Positions 45,615 through 55,959 of a stretch of 64,000 nt of DNA are shown in pieces; the first letter of the stretch is position 1, and every line of letters begins with the position of its first letter. The DNA is from an uncultured bacterium (GTDB taxonomy: Bacteria; Verrucomicrobiota; Verrucomicrobiia; Verrucomicrobiales; DEV007), in NCBI GenBank assembly GCA_963977015.1, contig CAXBMO010000004.1:288001-352000 (forward strand), given 5' to 3'. The position numbers were made by a program, and so were the translations under genes. A model generated the notes under the pieces. The model had not been told where the DNA came from. It did not search any database and saw nothing but the letters and a program-made list of their open reading frames with translations.

Positions 45615-47042
45615 ATGAATTTTCGGCCTGCACTACTGCGTTTCGCTGGATTCGGGAGCGTGCTCGCTCTTGCTGGGTGCGCTGCGTTTACGATTTCCAG
45701 TCCTGAGTCTGAGGCTGGCAAAGACCTTACCTGGCCCGAAGCCTGGAAGGAAGCTGGAACCGGAAACCACGGCAGAATTTCGACCGGCTGGCTGAAAACG
45801 TTTCGGGATCCCGATTTGAATCAGTTGGTCGATTTGGCGATGGAAAACAACCGCGATCTCCAAGCCGCCGCGGCTCGCCTCAAAGTCGCCAAGGAACAAA
45901 CCGTGCCGGCGCGGGCGAATCGATTGCCGGTAGTCGGGTTTCGCGCAAATCAGTCCCGGTCTCGCGATGAAAACGGGCTGGAGAACGCCATTTTTCAGTC
46001 GAATTACCAACTCGGCCTGAACGCGTCCTGGGAAATCGATCTTTGGGGGCGGCTTCGCGATCTGGATTTGGCCGCGCGAGCGGATTTCGCCGGAGCCGAG
46101 GCCGATTTTCGAGCGGCGCGACTTTCGCTGGCTGCCGACACCACGATTGCATGGTTCAACTACATCACGACGGTTCAGCTCGCCAATTTGGCCGAAACCA
46201 CACGAGACAGCTTTGAACGGAACAACCGGATTACCGAGCGGAATTACAAGGCGGGCGACGACACGGCGAGCCCGTTGAATGTGCAATTTGGGCGCTCCAA
46301 CGTCGCTTCGGCGGAACGTTCCCTCGTCCGAGCGCGCCTCAATCAGGAAGAAGCGGCACGAAGTTTGGAGGTGCTGATTGGCCGTTATCCCAACGCGGAA
46401 GTGAAAAGCCGTTCCAACCTTCCCGTGTTGCCCGGCAACATTCCGGCCGGCATCCCTTCCCAACTGCTCTGGCGCCGTCCCGACCTCGCCGCCGCAGCCG
46501 CGGAACTTCTCGCCACCGCCAAACGCGCCGACGCGGCTCGCAAAGATCTGCTTCCCGCCATCAACCTGAACGGCGGCGTTTCCTCATCCGGTGCGGCGCT
46601 CTCCTCCATCCTGCTCGATCCGGATTACTTTGTCTGGACCGTCGCGTCCTCTCTCGCCCAACACGTTTACGAGGGCGGCGCTCCCTCCGCGGCGGCGCGC
46701 CAGGCGCTTGCCCAAAACGAAGTCGCGGTGCGAAACTTTGCCGCATTGGCCCTGGTCGCCTTTCAGGAAGTGGAATCCGGGCTCGCGACCGAAAAATCGC
46801 TCGCCGAACAGGAGGAATTTCTGAACGTCGAGCTCGCCCAGGCCAATTTGGCGGAAACCCAGGCATCGCGCGACTACTCGGAGGGCCTGGTCGGGATTCT
46901 CTCCCTGCTCGAAGCTCAGCGTCGCGCCGTCAGCGCCCGGACCGACATGATCACGCTTCGCAACCAGCGCCTGCGGAATCGCGTCAATCTCCACCTGGCG
47001 CTGGGAGGCGATTTCGAGACGGAACCTTCCGAGAAGCCGTAA
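45615..47042 (+). CDS. outer membrane efflux lipoprotein (NodT/TolC family)
   Basis: Lipobox LAGC; W...F.DP.L..LV..A..NN.DL..AAAR, SWEIDLWGR, GIPSQLL.RRPDL, LHLALGG. Confidence 0.92.
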   Translation: MNFRPALLRFAGFGSVLALAGCAAFTISSPESEAGKDLTWPEAWKEAGTGNHGRISTGWLKTFRDPDLNQLVDLAMENNRDLQAAAARLKVAKEQTVPARANRLPVVGFRANQSRSRDENGLENAIFQSNYQLGLNASWEIDLWGRLRDLDLAARADFAGAEADFRAARLSLAADTTIAWFNYITTVQLANLAETTRDSFERNNRITERNYKAGDDTASPLNVQFGRSNVASAERSLVRARLNQEEAARSLEVLIGRYPNAEVKSRSNLPVLPGNIPAGIPSQLLWRRPDLAAAAAELLATAKRADAARKDLLPAINLNGGVSSSGAALSSILLDPDYFVWTVASSLAQHVYEGGAPSAAARQALAQNEVAVRNFAALALVAFQEVESGLATEKSLAEQEEFLNVELAQANLAETQASRDYSEGLVGILSLLEAQRRAVSARTDMITLRNQRLRNRVNLHLALGGDFETEPSEKP

Positions 47043-47113
47043 TCCCGCCAGCTCGCAACTCGCTGTGCCAAAATCGTGATTGCCGAAGCTTTCGCCACCT
47101 GAAAGAGTAAGGG

Positions 47114-47683
47114 ATGGATTCAGCTTCCTCCGCGAACGAACTGTTCAGCAGTTCAACGGGCCTCATCGCTTTTGCCTTTCTGCTGACGCTGCTTGTCGGG
47201 CTTTTGTGCCTTCGGATTGTTCGCGATCCGGAAATGTATTTGCAGCGAACCGGAAACCAACGCGGAATCACCGCCGATGACCCCACCGATCGAGATCAAC
47301 TTCTGCTCAACACTCGGCGTCGCGGCTACGTGGGACTCGGCCTGGTCTGTGTTTGCCTGGTGATCCTGGGAATTGCCACGGTTGGACTGCGCAGCGCTAC
47401 GCGGCGCCTTGCGGAGTTCGAGGCCGACCGCCATCAGTTGGTTCAATCGCTCAGAACTCAAACCGCTCACGTCAAAAAACATCAGGCGACTTCGGAATTG
47501 GATAGCGGGATCAAGTTGCTCGAAGAAGTCGTCAAAACGGGCGAGGCCGATGGAACGATTGACCAGGAAAAACTGAATGAGGCGTTGAAAGTGCTGGATC
47601 GGGGAATTGGCAAACTCAATGGCGTGGCGGAAATCTACCAGGAGGCGATCGAAGCTAACGAAAAGCTGGAAGACAAGGAATAG
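47114..47683 (+). CDS. hypothetical two-TM membrane protein with coiled-coil C-terminus
   Basis: 189-aa ORF with two hydrophobic segments; fills the gap between the OMF and MFP genes. Confidence 0.7.
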   Translation: MDSASSANELFSSSTGLIAFAFLLTLLVGLLCLRIVRDPEMYLQRTGNQRGITADDPTDRDQLLLNTRRRGYVGLGLVCVCLVILGIATVGLRSATRRLAEFEADRHQLVQSLRTQTAHVKKHQATSELDSGIKLLEEVVKTGEADGTIDQEKLNEALKVLDRGIGKLNGVAEIYQEAIEANEKLEDKE

Positions 47684-47766
47684 AGTGATTTCGCGACCTT
47701 TTGGTCGAAACTGTGCGTAAATTGGGAAAGACGTGTGTCGGCCTCCCGTTACCAAAACCCTTGTTC

Positions 47767-48987
47767 ATGCAACGCACCCTCCGAATCCTGATTCCTCTCG
47801 CCATCCTTGTGGTTGGCGGAATTGGTTATGGCCTGCTTTCCATCAAGGAGGAAAAGCCGAAGCGGCCGCCGCCCGAACCGCGCGTGCTCCGGACCGAAGT
47901 CATCACCCTAAAGCGTCAGGATTATCAAACCCGGATTCGAACCCAGGGCGTGGTTCGCCCCCACAAGGAAGCGGTTCTCACCGCACAGGTCGCAGGCAAG
48001 GTCCTCGAACTTTCGGAGTCTCTCCACGACGGCTCTTTTTTCGAAGCGGACGAAGTGTTGTTGCGCATCGATCAGGAAGACTTCATCGCGGAGCAAATTT
48101 CCGCGAAGGCGAATCTGGCTCGCGCGACGGCCGCCTTCGCCCAGGAACAGGCCAAAGCCAAACAAGCGCGGCTCAACTGGGAAGACCTGGGATACAAGGA
48201 CGAGCCCAATGAATTGGTGCTGCGCCTTCCCCAACTCCGCGAAGCCGAAGCCAACGTCAAGGCGGCCGAAGCAGCTCTCGAACGAGCCAGCCGGAATCTG
48301 GAACGCACCAGCGTAAAGGCGCCCTTTGCGGGTCGCGTTTTGACTCGAGAAGTTTCGATCGGACAATCGGTGACGTCGTCAACGCCGCTGGCGACCGTCT
48401 TCGAAACGGAGTTCGTCGAGGTTCGCCTCCCGGTTCCGGCCCGGGAAATGGCATTTTTGACGCTGCCGGAAAGCGTGGCTCAGGCATCTGTGCCGGTCGA
48501 GCTTCGCGACGCCTTGAATCCGGAATCGGTCGCGGTCTGGAACGCGGAAATCGTCGGAACCGAAGGCGCGCTGGATCCGGATTCCCGGGAACTTTTCGCG
48601 ATTGCCCGGGTTGCCGATCCCTACTCCCGCAAGACCGAAAGCAAGAGCTCCAATCCACCGTTGCGCATCGGTCAGCCCATCACCGCAGAGATTGAAGGCC
48701 GGGTACTTTCCGACGTTTTTGTCGTTCCCCGCTCAGCCGTCCGCGACCTCAACCAGATTCACCTTGTCGATCCCAAAGAATTGACGCTGACCCGCCATGA
48801 AATCGAGGCGCTTTGGTCCAATGAAGAGTTCTTGATCGTGGCGGACAACGAAATTCCCGATGGCGCCCTCCTGTCCGTGACCCGCCTTGTTTATGCACCG
48901 GATGGCTCGAAAGTTGAGATCATTCCAAGCACGGAGGAGACGCTCAGCGAAGTGAACGTGGGAACTCTGGACTCCCGAGGAACATGA
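47767..48987 (+). CDS. RND efflux periplasmic adaptor (membrane fusion protein)
   Basis: ATG 47767; TM anchor, QGVVRP, AQVAGKV, hairpin coiled coil, TSVKAPFAGRV, LRIGQPITAEIEG. The stop overlaps the permease start. Confidence 0.92.
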   Translation: MQRTLRILIPLAILVVGGIGYGLLSIKEEKPKRPPPEPRVLRTEVITLKRQDYQTRIRTQGVVRPHKEAVLTAQVAGKVLELSESLHDGSFFEADEVLLRIDQEDFIAEQISAKANLARATAAFAQEQAKAKQARLNWEDLGYKDEPNELVLRLPQLREAEANVKAAEAALERASRNLERTSVKAPFAGRVLTREVSIGQSVTSSTPLATVFETEFVEVRLPVPAREMAFLTLPESVAQASVPVELRDALNPESVAVWNAEIVGTEGALDPDSRELFAIARVADPYSRKTESKSSNPPLRIGQPITAEIEGRVLSDVFVVPRSAVRDLNQIHLVDPKELTLTRHEIEALWSNEEFLIVADNEIPDGALLSVTRLVYAPDGSKVEIIPSTEETLSEVNVGTLDSRGT

Positions 48988-51900
48988 TCCGCTGGTTCGC
49001 AAATAACGACATTGCTGCGAATTTTCTCCTCATCGCGATCCTGTTCGCCGGAATCTACACGGCCATGTTTCGGGTGCCGCTGCAGGTCAGCCCGACCTAC
49101 GAGTTTGAGAGCATCTTCGTAAAGATGAACTACCGGGGCGGAACGCCCAGAGACGTCGAAAAGTCCATCATCATCCCGATCGAGGAGGCGATTCAGGATT
49201 TGCCGGGCATCGCGAAACTCTGGACGTATGCCAACCCGGGACGCGGCTGGGTCCTCGCGCAAATGGAGGATGGCGTGGATCGGCGCGCCTTGCTTGAGGA
49301 AGTCAAAACGCGCGTGGATCGCATCACCACGTTTCCCAGCGAAACGGAGAAACCCGATGTCTACATTCCCGATTCCAATTCCTTCCGCGAAGTCATCAAG
49401 GTCGCCATCACCGGGAATCTCACCACAAAAGAGCTTCGCCATGCCGCGGAGCGTGTTCGCAATGAATTGATGGAGGCTGACGGCATCAGCCAGGTCGAGT
49501 TGGTTGGGGAACGCCCCTACGAGATCGCGATCGAAGCGGATCAGGAAAAGCTCCGGTCCTACGGAATTGGCTTTCAGGAAATCTCCGATGCGATTCGCCG
49601 ATCATCCGTCGACCTGCCAGCCGGGACCATCCAAAGTTCCAGCGGCGATCTCACGGTGCGGACCCGCGGACAGGCCTATACCGCACCGGAGTTCGCCAGC
49701 ATCCCGATTCGTGCTGCCGACGGCGCGGATCTGCGACTGGGTGAGGTCGCGACGGTCAAGGACGGTTTCGAAGAGGGCGAACAACTGGTGCGTTTCAACG
49801 GCGAACCCGCGATGATGGTGGAGATCATGCGTCACGACAAGGAGAGCGCGTTGGAGGTTTCGAGACTCGTTCACGAATATGTCGATTCCGCCGCCCTGCG
49901 TTTTCCTCCCGGCATCCACCTTTACGCCTGGGACGACGAGTCACTTTCGATTCGCGGTCGGCTCGGCACCCTAACCACCTCGCTGATTCAAGGCTGCATC
50001 CTCGTCTTCATTGTGCTCGCCCTCTTTCTCCGGCCATCCGTCGCCCTCTGGGTGGTGATTGGCATTCCGGTCAGTTTCGCCGGCGGAATCCTCTGCATGC
50101 CCTGGTTGGGACTTTCCGCCAACCTGATGAGCGTCTTTGGCTTCATCATTGTGGTCGGGCTCGTCGTCGATGACGCGATCGTGACGGCGGAGAACATCTA
50201 CTCCAAACTCAAAACCGGAATCGATCCGTTGGAAGCTTCCGTCATCGGAACCAAGGAGGTTGCCGTGCCGGTCACCTTTGGCGTGATCACCACCATCGTG
50301 GCCTTTCTGCCTCTGCTCTATTTTCAGGGCCACTGGGGCAATTTCGCCAAACAAATCCCGCCGGTTGTCGCGCCGGTTCTCATTTTTTCGCTCATTGAAT
50401 CCAAGTTGATTCTCCCGGCCCACCTCAAACATCTCAAAATTGGACGCGCCAAGTTTAACTTCTTCACGCGTTTCCAAAAGCGAATTGCCGACGGCTTGGA
50501 AACGTTCGTGGAGAAGGTCTATCAACCGTCGTTGAAGTTCGCAATCGAACATCGCTACTCGGTGTGCGCGGCGTTTTTCGCGATGGCCCTCCTCATGATC
50601 GGCTATTGGCAGGGCGGCCGGCTCGGCTTTGTGTCGATGCCTTCGGTCGATCGACTTCGCATCACCGCCTACATCGACCTTCCAAACGACACGCCTCTTG
50701 AACAAACCGATCTCTACGTCAAGCGAATCGCGTCCAAGGTCGATCAACTCAAGGCCGAGTTTGTCGACCAGGGCACCGGCCGTTCCCTGATCACCAATGT
50801 TCACGAGCAAACCGGCGACTACGATCGCGGAAGCTCCATCGTCAAGGAATCCGAAGGAGAGGTCGCGATCGAGATCCTGCCCCCGAGTCAGCGGAAGAGT
50901 CCCGGCCCGCGAAACAGCGTGATTGCCAATCGCTGGAAGGAACTTGTCGGCGAACTTCCGGAAGCCCAGTCGTTTCGGATCCGGGCCGAACAAAGCGGCC
51001 GGGGTCGTTCCGGCGAAAGTCGAGAGGAGGAGCCGATCGAGATTGAACTCCGCGGCCCGAGTTCGGCAAAGAAAGTGGACATCGCCCACCAGATCAAAGA
51101 CCTCCTCGAAAGTTACGAGGGAATCAGCGATGCCTACACCCAGGTCCGCGGCGATCTCGATGAATTGGAGATCACGCTCAAACCGCGCGCGGCGGAACTC
51201 CAACTCACGCAGCAGTCGCTCGCGAGCCAGATTCGACAAGCGTTTTATGGTGAGGAAGCGCAACGCGTTCAGCGCGGAACCGAGGACATTCGCGTGATGG
51301 TTCGCCTCACCTTGGAGGAACGCCAGTCACTCCACACGCTCGACACGATGCGCGTTCGAACCCCGGGCGGCAGCGATGTTTCGCTCGCATCGGTGGCGGA
51401 CGTCAAGATGGTGAAAGTTCCCGGCCGGATCGAAAGGATCGATGGGGCCGAAGTCATCGAAATCAAGGCGCTTCCCGTTGACGAGTCCATCGACATCATG
51501 GGCATCGCGGAAACTTCGAGTCCCGAAATTCAGGCAATCGTCAATCAGGGCGATGGACTGTCGTTCCGTTACACCGGATTCATTGCGGAAAACGCAGACT
51601 CGAAGCGCCGAACCATCATCGGCGCCATCGCCCTCATGCTCGCGTTGTATGGACTGCTCGCCATTCCCTTCAAGTCGCTCACCCAACCCATTTTCGTTCT
51701 TCTGGCGGTTCCGTTCGGAGTTGTTGGAGCCTTGCTCGGCCACATCATCATGGGAATCACGCCCTCCTATCTCAGCATCTTTGGAATGCTCGCGCTGGCC
51801 GGGGTCGTGGTCAATGACTCGCTCGTGATGGTCGATTTCATCAATCAACGACGAGCCGAGGGCATGCCGCTGAAGGAGGCGATCATCATTGCCGGAGCAC

Positions 51901-52145
51901 GGCGCTTTCGGGCGATCCTGCTCACTTCCATCACCACCTTTGCCGGGCTCATGCCACTGATGTTCGACAACTCGATCCAGGGTCAGTTCCTCATCCCCAT
52001 GGCGGTGTCACTGGGATATGGAATCCTCTTTGCGACCACCATCACCCTCTACCTGATTCCCTGCGCTTACCAGATCAACTCGGATATTGGCAAGGGACTG
52101 GTTTGGTTGAAGGATTGGTATTTGCGCCCGTTCCGATCCGCGTAA
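48984..52145 (+). CDS. RND efflux transporter permease (AcrB/AcrD/AcrF family)
   Basis: 1053 aa; GLVVDDAIV..ENI, GVVVNDSLV, RFRAILLTSITT, PMAVSLGYG. Confidence 0.95.
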   Translation: MIRWFANNDIAANFLLIAILFAGIYTAMFRVPLQVSPTYEFESIFVKMNYRGGTPRDVEKSIIIPIEEAIQDLPGIAKLWTYANPGRGWVLAQMEDGVDRRALLEEVKTRVDRITTFPSETEKPDVYIPDSNSFREVIKVAITGNLTTKELRHAAERVRNELMEADGISQVELVGERPYEIAIEADQEKLRSYGIGFQEISDAIRRSSVDLPAGTIQSSSGDLTVRTRGQAYTAPEFASIPIRAADGADLRLGEVATVKDGFEEGEQLVRFNGEPAMMVEIMRHDKESALEVSRLVHEYVDSAALRFPPGIHLYAWDDESLSIRGRLGTLTTSLIQGCILVFIVLALFLRPSVALWVVIGIPVSFAGGILCMPWLGLSANLMSVFGFIIVVGLVVDDAIVTAENIYSKLKTGIDPLEASVIGTKEVAVPVTFGVITTIVAFLPLLYFQGHWGNFAKQIPPVVAPVLIFSLIESKLILPAHLKHLKIGRAKFNFFTRFQKRIADGLETFVEKVYQPSLKFAIEHRYSVCAAFFAMALLMIGYWQGGRLGFVSMPSVDRLRITAYIDLPNDTPLEQTDLYVKRIASKVDQLKAEFVDQGTGRSLITNVHEQTGDYDRGSSIVKESEGEVAIEILPPSQRKSPGPRNSVIANRWKELVGELPEAQSFRIRAEQSGRGRSGESREEEPIEIELRGPSSAKKVDIAHQIKDLLESYEGISDAYTQVRGDLDELEITLKPRAAELQLTQQSLASQIRQAFYGEEAQRVQRGTEDIRVMVRLTLEERQSLHTLDTMRVRTPGGSDVSLASVADVKMVKVPGRIERIDGAEVIEIKALPVDESIDIMGIAETSSPEIQAIVNQGDGLSFRYTGFIAENADSKRRTIIGAIALMLALYGLLAIPFKSLTQPIFVLLAVPFGVVGALLGHIIMGITPSYLSIFGMLALAGVVVNDSLVMVDFINQRRAEGMPLKEAIIIAGARRFRAILLTSITTFAGLMPLMFDNSIQGQFLIPMAVSLGYGILFATTITLYLIPCAYQINSDIGKGLVWLKDWYLRPFRSA

Positions 52146-52266
52146 CCTGAAAATTTCGCGTTTTCGCCAACCTCTCGAATAAATCGAAACCCACTGCGGC
52201 CTAACCTGCTTGAAGGCTCTGCGTCACCATGAACCCGACCATTCCATTTTCTGATTTCGAAACCCC

Positions 52267-53322
52267 GTGTTTGGCTATTTTCTGGATCCCGCAAAGCGAC
52301 TCCGCAAACGCTTCGAGCGCGCGGTAAAACGGTTAACGCGTCTCCATCAGCAGGCCCATCGCATTGTCGATCATTCCATTCGGGAGCCCATTCTCAAGCG
52401 GCATGAGCGCCAGGCCATTCTGGTCGAACGCCTGGCTGATCGAATCGAGGAACTGCCTTTGATCCGCGCCAAAAGCTTCAACTGGCTTCGAGAGGATATC
52501 GACAAGCACCTCACCACCCTTGAAGCCGAGATCGAGCGCTTTCGGGACGAGGCCAGGCCCCTCGAATTCCACGCTCCTTCACCGGACAAATTTCCCCCGC
52601 CTCCCCTCCCCCTTTCCAAGACCGTTTCGGCCAAACCCAACCCACCTCTCTCCTCCCCAACCCTGCCCCATCCCCGAAAGGGAGCAACGGCTGCGCGCAC
52701 CGAGCCGGCGCGTACGAACCCAACCAACCTGGTTGGGCAAGCTCCCGAAGGACCCGGACCAAAGCAACGGCAACGGCGGACGCCGGATTCAGCACTCACG
52801 TTGAGTCCCGATCCCGCTGCGTTGCTCAAGTCCGGGTCCAATTTCGGGTCGCCGCCTTCATCCGCAACGATTCGAACGCTTCAGGAACGAGAATCCGGAA
52901 TGCGCGATCAACTTGATCAGTTGGCCCGCGATATTTTTCAATTGCAGGCCCACAAACCAGACCAGTTTTCGGTCTTTGATTGGAGCGAACTGACCCAGAA
53001 GGCGAGAACCCGGCTTCAACAGGCGCGAGTGCAGCTTGGCACCTGTTCGCGCTGGATTCTGGCCGGCAAGATGGTGGTGACGTCGCGGGACGACTGGAGA
53101 GACGACTTCCAGAAACTCGAGACGGAGATTCGCGATCTGCAGAATCAGGTTCAACGCCTTCGCAATCCCAACGCAGTTCGGGATCTCCTCAACGCGAAGA
53201 AGCCGCCCCAGGAACCTGGCCCAAAACCGGGTTTCAATCCGGTGTCTCTTTCACACCGTTCCGGTCCTCGCCGCCGCACCACCCCGGTTGGACTCCCCAC
53301 CAAGTCGCATCCCGGCCAGTAG
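52267..53322 (+). CDS. hypothetical protein (two helical regions with Pro-rich linkers)
   Basis: 351-aa ORF filling the space between the RND permease and the HNH gene; no family recognised. Confidence 0.6.
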   Translation: MFGYFLDPAKRLRKRFERAVKRLTRLHQQAHRIVDHSIREPILKRHERQAILVERLADRIEELPLIRAKSFNWLREDIDKHLTTLEAEIERFRDEARPLEFHAPSPDKFPPPPLPLSKTVSAKPNPPLSSPTLPHPRKGATAARTEPARTNPTNLVGQAPEGPGPKQRQRRTPDSALTLSPDPAALLKSGSNFGSPPSSATIRTLQERESGMRDQLDQLARDIFQLQAHKPDQFSVFDWSELTQKARTRLQQARVQLGTCSRWILAGKMVVTSRDDWRDDFQKLETEIRDLQNQVQRLRNPNAVRDLLNAKKPPQEPGPKPGFNPVSLSHRSGPRRRTTPVGLPTKSHPGQ

Positions 53323-53330
53323 TCCGATTT

Positions 53331-53624
53331 TCAGTCTCGCCTCGCCCGGCGATTGGAATCCCGGAAATCGATCGGACGTTTCTTCACCCACGCGACAAAC
53401 TTCTGGATTTCCTCGTGCTCCAGCAAGGCCTCAATCGTGCTGTAGTTCTTCGCCAATTCCGACTCCGTCAGCACACTGTGAATTTTGCCATGACAAATCG
53501 TGTGGAGAATCGCGATCGGCCCATGTTTCCCACCTTTTAGTTTGGGCGTCAGGTGATGACGACTTTCCAGGTGCGCGGGAATTTCGCGTCCGCAAAGAGG
53601 GCAGGTTTTCAATGGGGCCGTCAT
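53331..53624 (-). CDS. small HNH-like protein (YisB-like)
   Basis: CPLCGR, HHLTPK.KGG, HTICHGKIH, ELAKNY.TIE.L...EIQKFVAWV.K. Confidence 0.8.
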   Translation of the reverse strand: MTAPLKTCPLCGREIPAHLESRHHLTPKLKGGKHGPIAILHTICHGKIHSVLTESELAKNYSTIEALLEHEEIQKFVAWVKKRPIDFRDSNRRARRD

Positions 53625-53625
53625 T

Positions 53626-55959
53626 TCAATTGGCAGCTCGGACCTGGATCATCCGCTCGCAGGAACGACCACGATCATCGATGGCACGAACCGTGTAGGG
53701 ACCAACGATGGGAGAATCCCAAAACAAGGTATCCTCGGGCGGACCGGAGCCAAGAAACTCCTTTCCCGCGTACCAGAAAATGCGCCGCGCATCCGCATCC
53801 GCCGCCACCCGCAAGGGAATGTGAGTGAGTTCACCGCGCAGCGTGTAAATCGTATCCGGCTCTGGAGAAACGATTCGAAGCGGCGTTCCGGCGGACGCTT
53901 CGGCTGATCCTGCGCCGTGCCGAAACGGCGGAGGCTGGTTCATCGCGATACCGGCTTCGCGATAGAGTTGCAGAAGATCCGACGGCCAAAACTCGTAGAC
54001 TTTTCTGCTCACCTCTCGTGTGCCGTCATTCTCTTCCGGGCGAAGACGAAGACCGGTTTCCGCATCGATCGCCACCTGGCGGTGGATCGCGCAGGTGTCG
54101 ATCGGCGAACGGCCCGGAATAAACCAGCCCTCTCGAGAAGTCGGACAATGGGTATTCGGCATCTGACCGGAAACCGCACAGAGATTGATGCGACGAAGAT
54201 TGAGCCCGGTGGGCTGGGCAACGTAGCCGGATTCGTCAGGCTGATGCGCTCGAAGGGATCCGATCATGTCAAAGAGCAAAGGCGCAGTGGCTTCCCGCGC
54301 CACAAAGGAGGCATTGCCCGCCCCCCGAAAGTCTCCGATCCAGAGACCCAGAACATAGCGATCGAACACCGCAACCGCCCAGGCATCGCGGAAACCATGG
54401 GAAGTTCCGGTCTTCCAATACACCGGGCGATCGCGGCTGATTCCGTGGCGGCGGGACATGCCGGGCGCAGGAATGTCCCGAATCATGGAGAGGGTCAGGA
54501 AGGCGGCTTCCGGAGAAAGAATCTGGTGGCTGACGATCGGACCGGGATCCTCGTCGGAGTAGACAAGCTGTCGAAGATTCCCATCGTTGGGCAGAATGGT
54601 ATAGAGCCGGACGAGCTCCTCGAGACTGACCTCGGCACCACCGAGCGCAAGCGAGAGCCCGTAGTGGGACGCGGGATGCGGCAAGTCGATGCCGCCCCGC
54701 TGGAGGAAGGCGTAAAAGCTGGGGCGCTTCAGCGTCGCCATCAACGCGACGGCGGGAACATTTCGGCTGCGTTGCAACGCTTCCGTCGCCGAGAGAGGCC
54801 CGCTGTATCCTCGATCAAAATTCTCCGGGCTGTAGGCCCCAAAGGAGGCTTTGGCATCCTTGAGCAAGGTGTTGGGATGAATGATGCCCTGTTCGAGACC
54901 GAGGGCGTAAATGAACGGCTTGAGCGAAGACCCAGGTGAACGCCGCATTCGTATCCCGTCCACCTGTCCCTGAATCGGGACGTTCCAGAAGTCGCCAGAG
55001 CCAAGATAGGCGCGAACTTCCATGCTCGTCGTATCAACGAGCAGAGCGCTCGCATTGCGGAGTCCGATGCCGTGGTGACGCCGGAGGTAGGCACTCATGG
55101 ATGCTTCCAAAACCGCCTGTTGATCGCGATCGATCGTGGAGCGGATCTCAGGAACGAGCGGAAATTGTCTCAGGAGACGACGCGTCAGATGCGGCCCCTC
55201 GAAGGGACGCGTCGCCGGCTGGGAAATGGTAAACTGAGCGTCGAGCGGATCTGCCGCGAGACCTTCCTGGTCGCGAAATCGGGCGAACAGCCGGGCCTGG
55301 GCTTCGGCGAGATGCGGATTGCGCGAACCATCCCGAGCCGGCGTCCGGCGAGCCGGGCTTTGCGGAATCACGCTGAGGGCAATGGCTTCGCGGCGAGTTA
55401 ACTCGGAAGGCGCTTTGTCCAGATAGATTCGACTGGCCGCCCCGATCCCTTCCAGATTTCCACCGTAAGGCGCAAGATTGAGATAGGCTTCAAAGATCTC
55501 TTCCTTGGAGTAGTGACGCTCAAGCTGAACAGCTCGAAACATCTGCGCGACCTTCCCGGGAATGGAACGGCTCCGCATCCCAAAACGCAGCCGGGCCAAC
55601 TGCATCGTAATGGTGGAACCTCCCGTGCGCGGGCCGCCCGTGACCATGTTCCAGGCGGAACGAACAATCGCCGATGCATCCACGCCGGAGTGCTGATAGA
55701 ACTTGCGATCCTCGTGAAGCAAGGTCGCCCCCTGCAGCTCTTCGGAGATGTGGGCCAGCGGCGTGAAGATGCGATATTTGTCGTCCTGACTCAGGGTAAT
55801 GCGGAGAACCTGGCCGGAACGATCCAGGACAACCTGGGAGAATCCCGCGTTGGACGGATAGATTTCCGGCCGTGGCAGGAAAAGCCAAATGCCCGCCAAA
55901 AGCAGGACCATGCCGCTCGCAATTCGAACCGATCGTTTCCAGTGCTTCATGTTCACCAC
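53626..55959 (-). CDS. pbpC: penicillin-binding protein 1C
   Basis: Transglycosylase motifs EDRKFYQH.GVD and GGSTITMQLAR; transpeptidase SPGSSLKPF, SRN, KTG; C-terminal PBP1C domain; directly after the A2M gene. Confidence 0.93.
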   Translation of the reverse strand: MVNMKHWKRSVRIASGMVLLLAGIWLFLPRPEIYPSNAGFSQVVLDRSGQVLRITLSQDDKYRIFTPLAHISEELQGATLLHEDRKFYQHSGVDASAIVRSAWNMVTGGPRTGGSTITMQLARLRFGMRSRSIPGKVAQMFRAVQLERHYSKEEIFEAYLNLAPYGGNLEGIGAASRIYLDKAPSELTRREAIALSVIPQSPARRTPARDGSRNPHLAEAQARLFARFRDQEGLAADPLDAQFTISQPATRPFEGPHLTRRLLRQFPLVPEIRSTIDRDQQAVLEASMSAYLRRHHGIGLRNASALLVDTTSMEVRAYLGSGDFWNVPIQGQVDGIRMRRSPGSSLKPFIYALGLEQGIIHPNTLLKDAKASFGAYSPENFDRGYSGPLSATEALQRSRNVPAVALMATLKRPSFYAFLQRGGIDLPHPASHYGLSLALGGAEVSLEELVRLYTILPNDGNLRQLVYSDEDPGPIVSHQILSPEAAFLTLSMIRDIPAPGMSRRHGISRDRPVYWKTGTSHGFRDAWAVAVFDRYVLGLWIGDFRGAGNASFVAREATAPLLFDMIGSLRAHQPDESGYVAQPTGLNLRRINLCAVSGQMPNTHCPTSREGWFIPGRSPIDTCAIHRQVAIDAETGLRLRPEENDGTREVSRKVYEFWPSDLLQLYREAGIAMNQPPPFRHGAGSAEASAGTPLRIVSPEPDTIYTLRGELTHIPLRVAADADARRIFWYAGKEFLGSGPPEDTLFWDSPIVGPYTVRAIDDRGRSCERMIQVRAAN

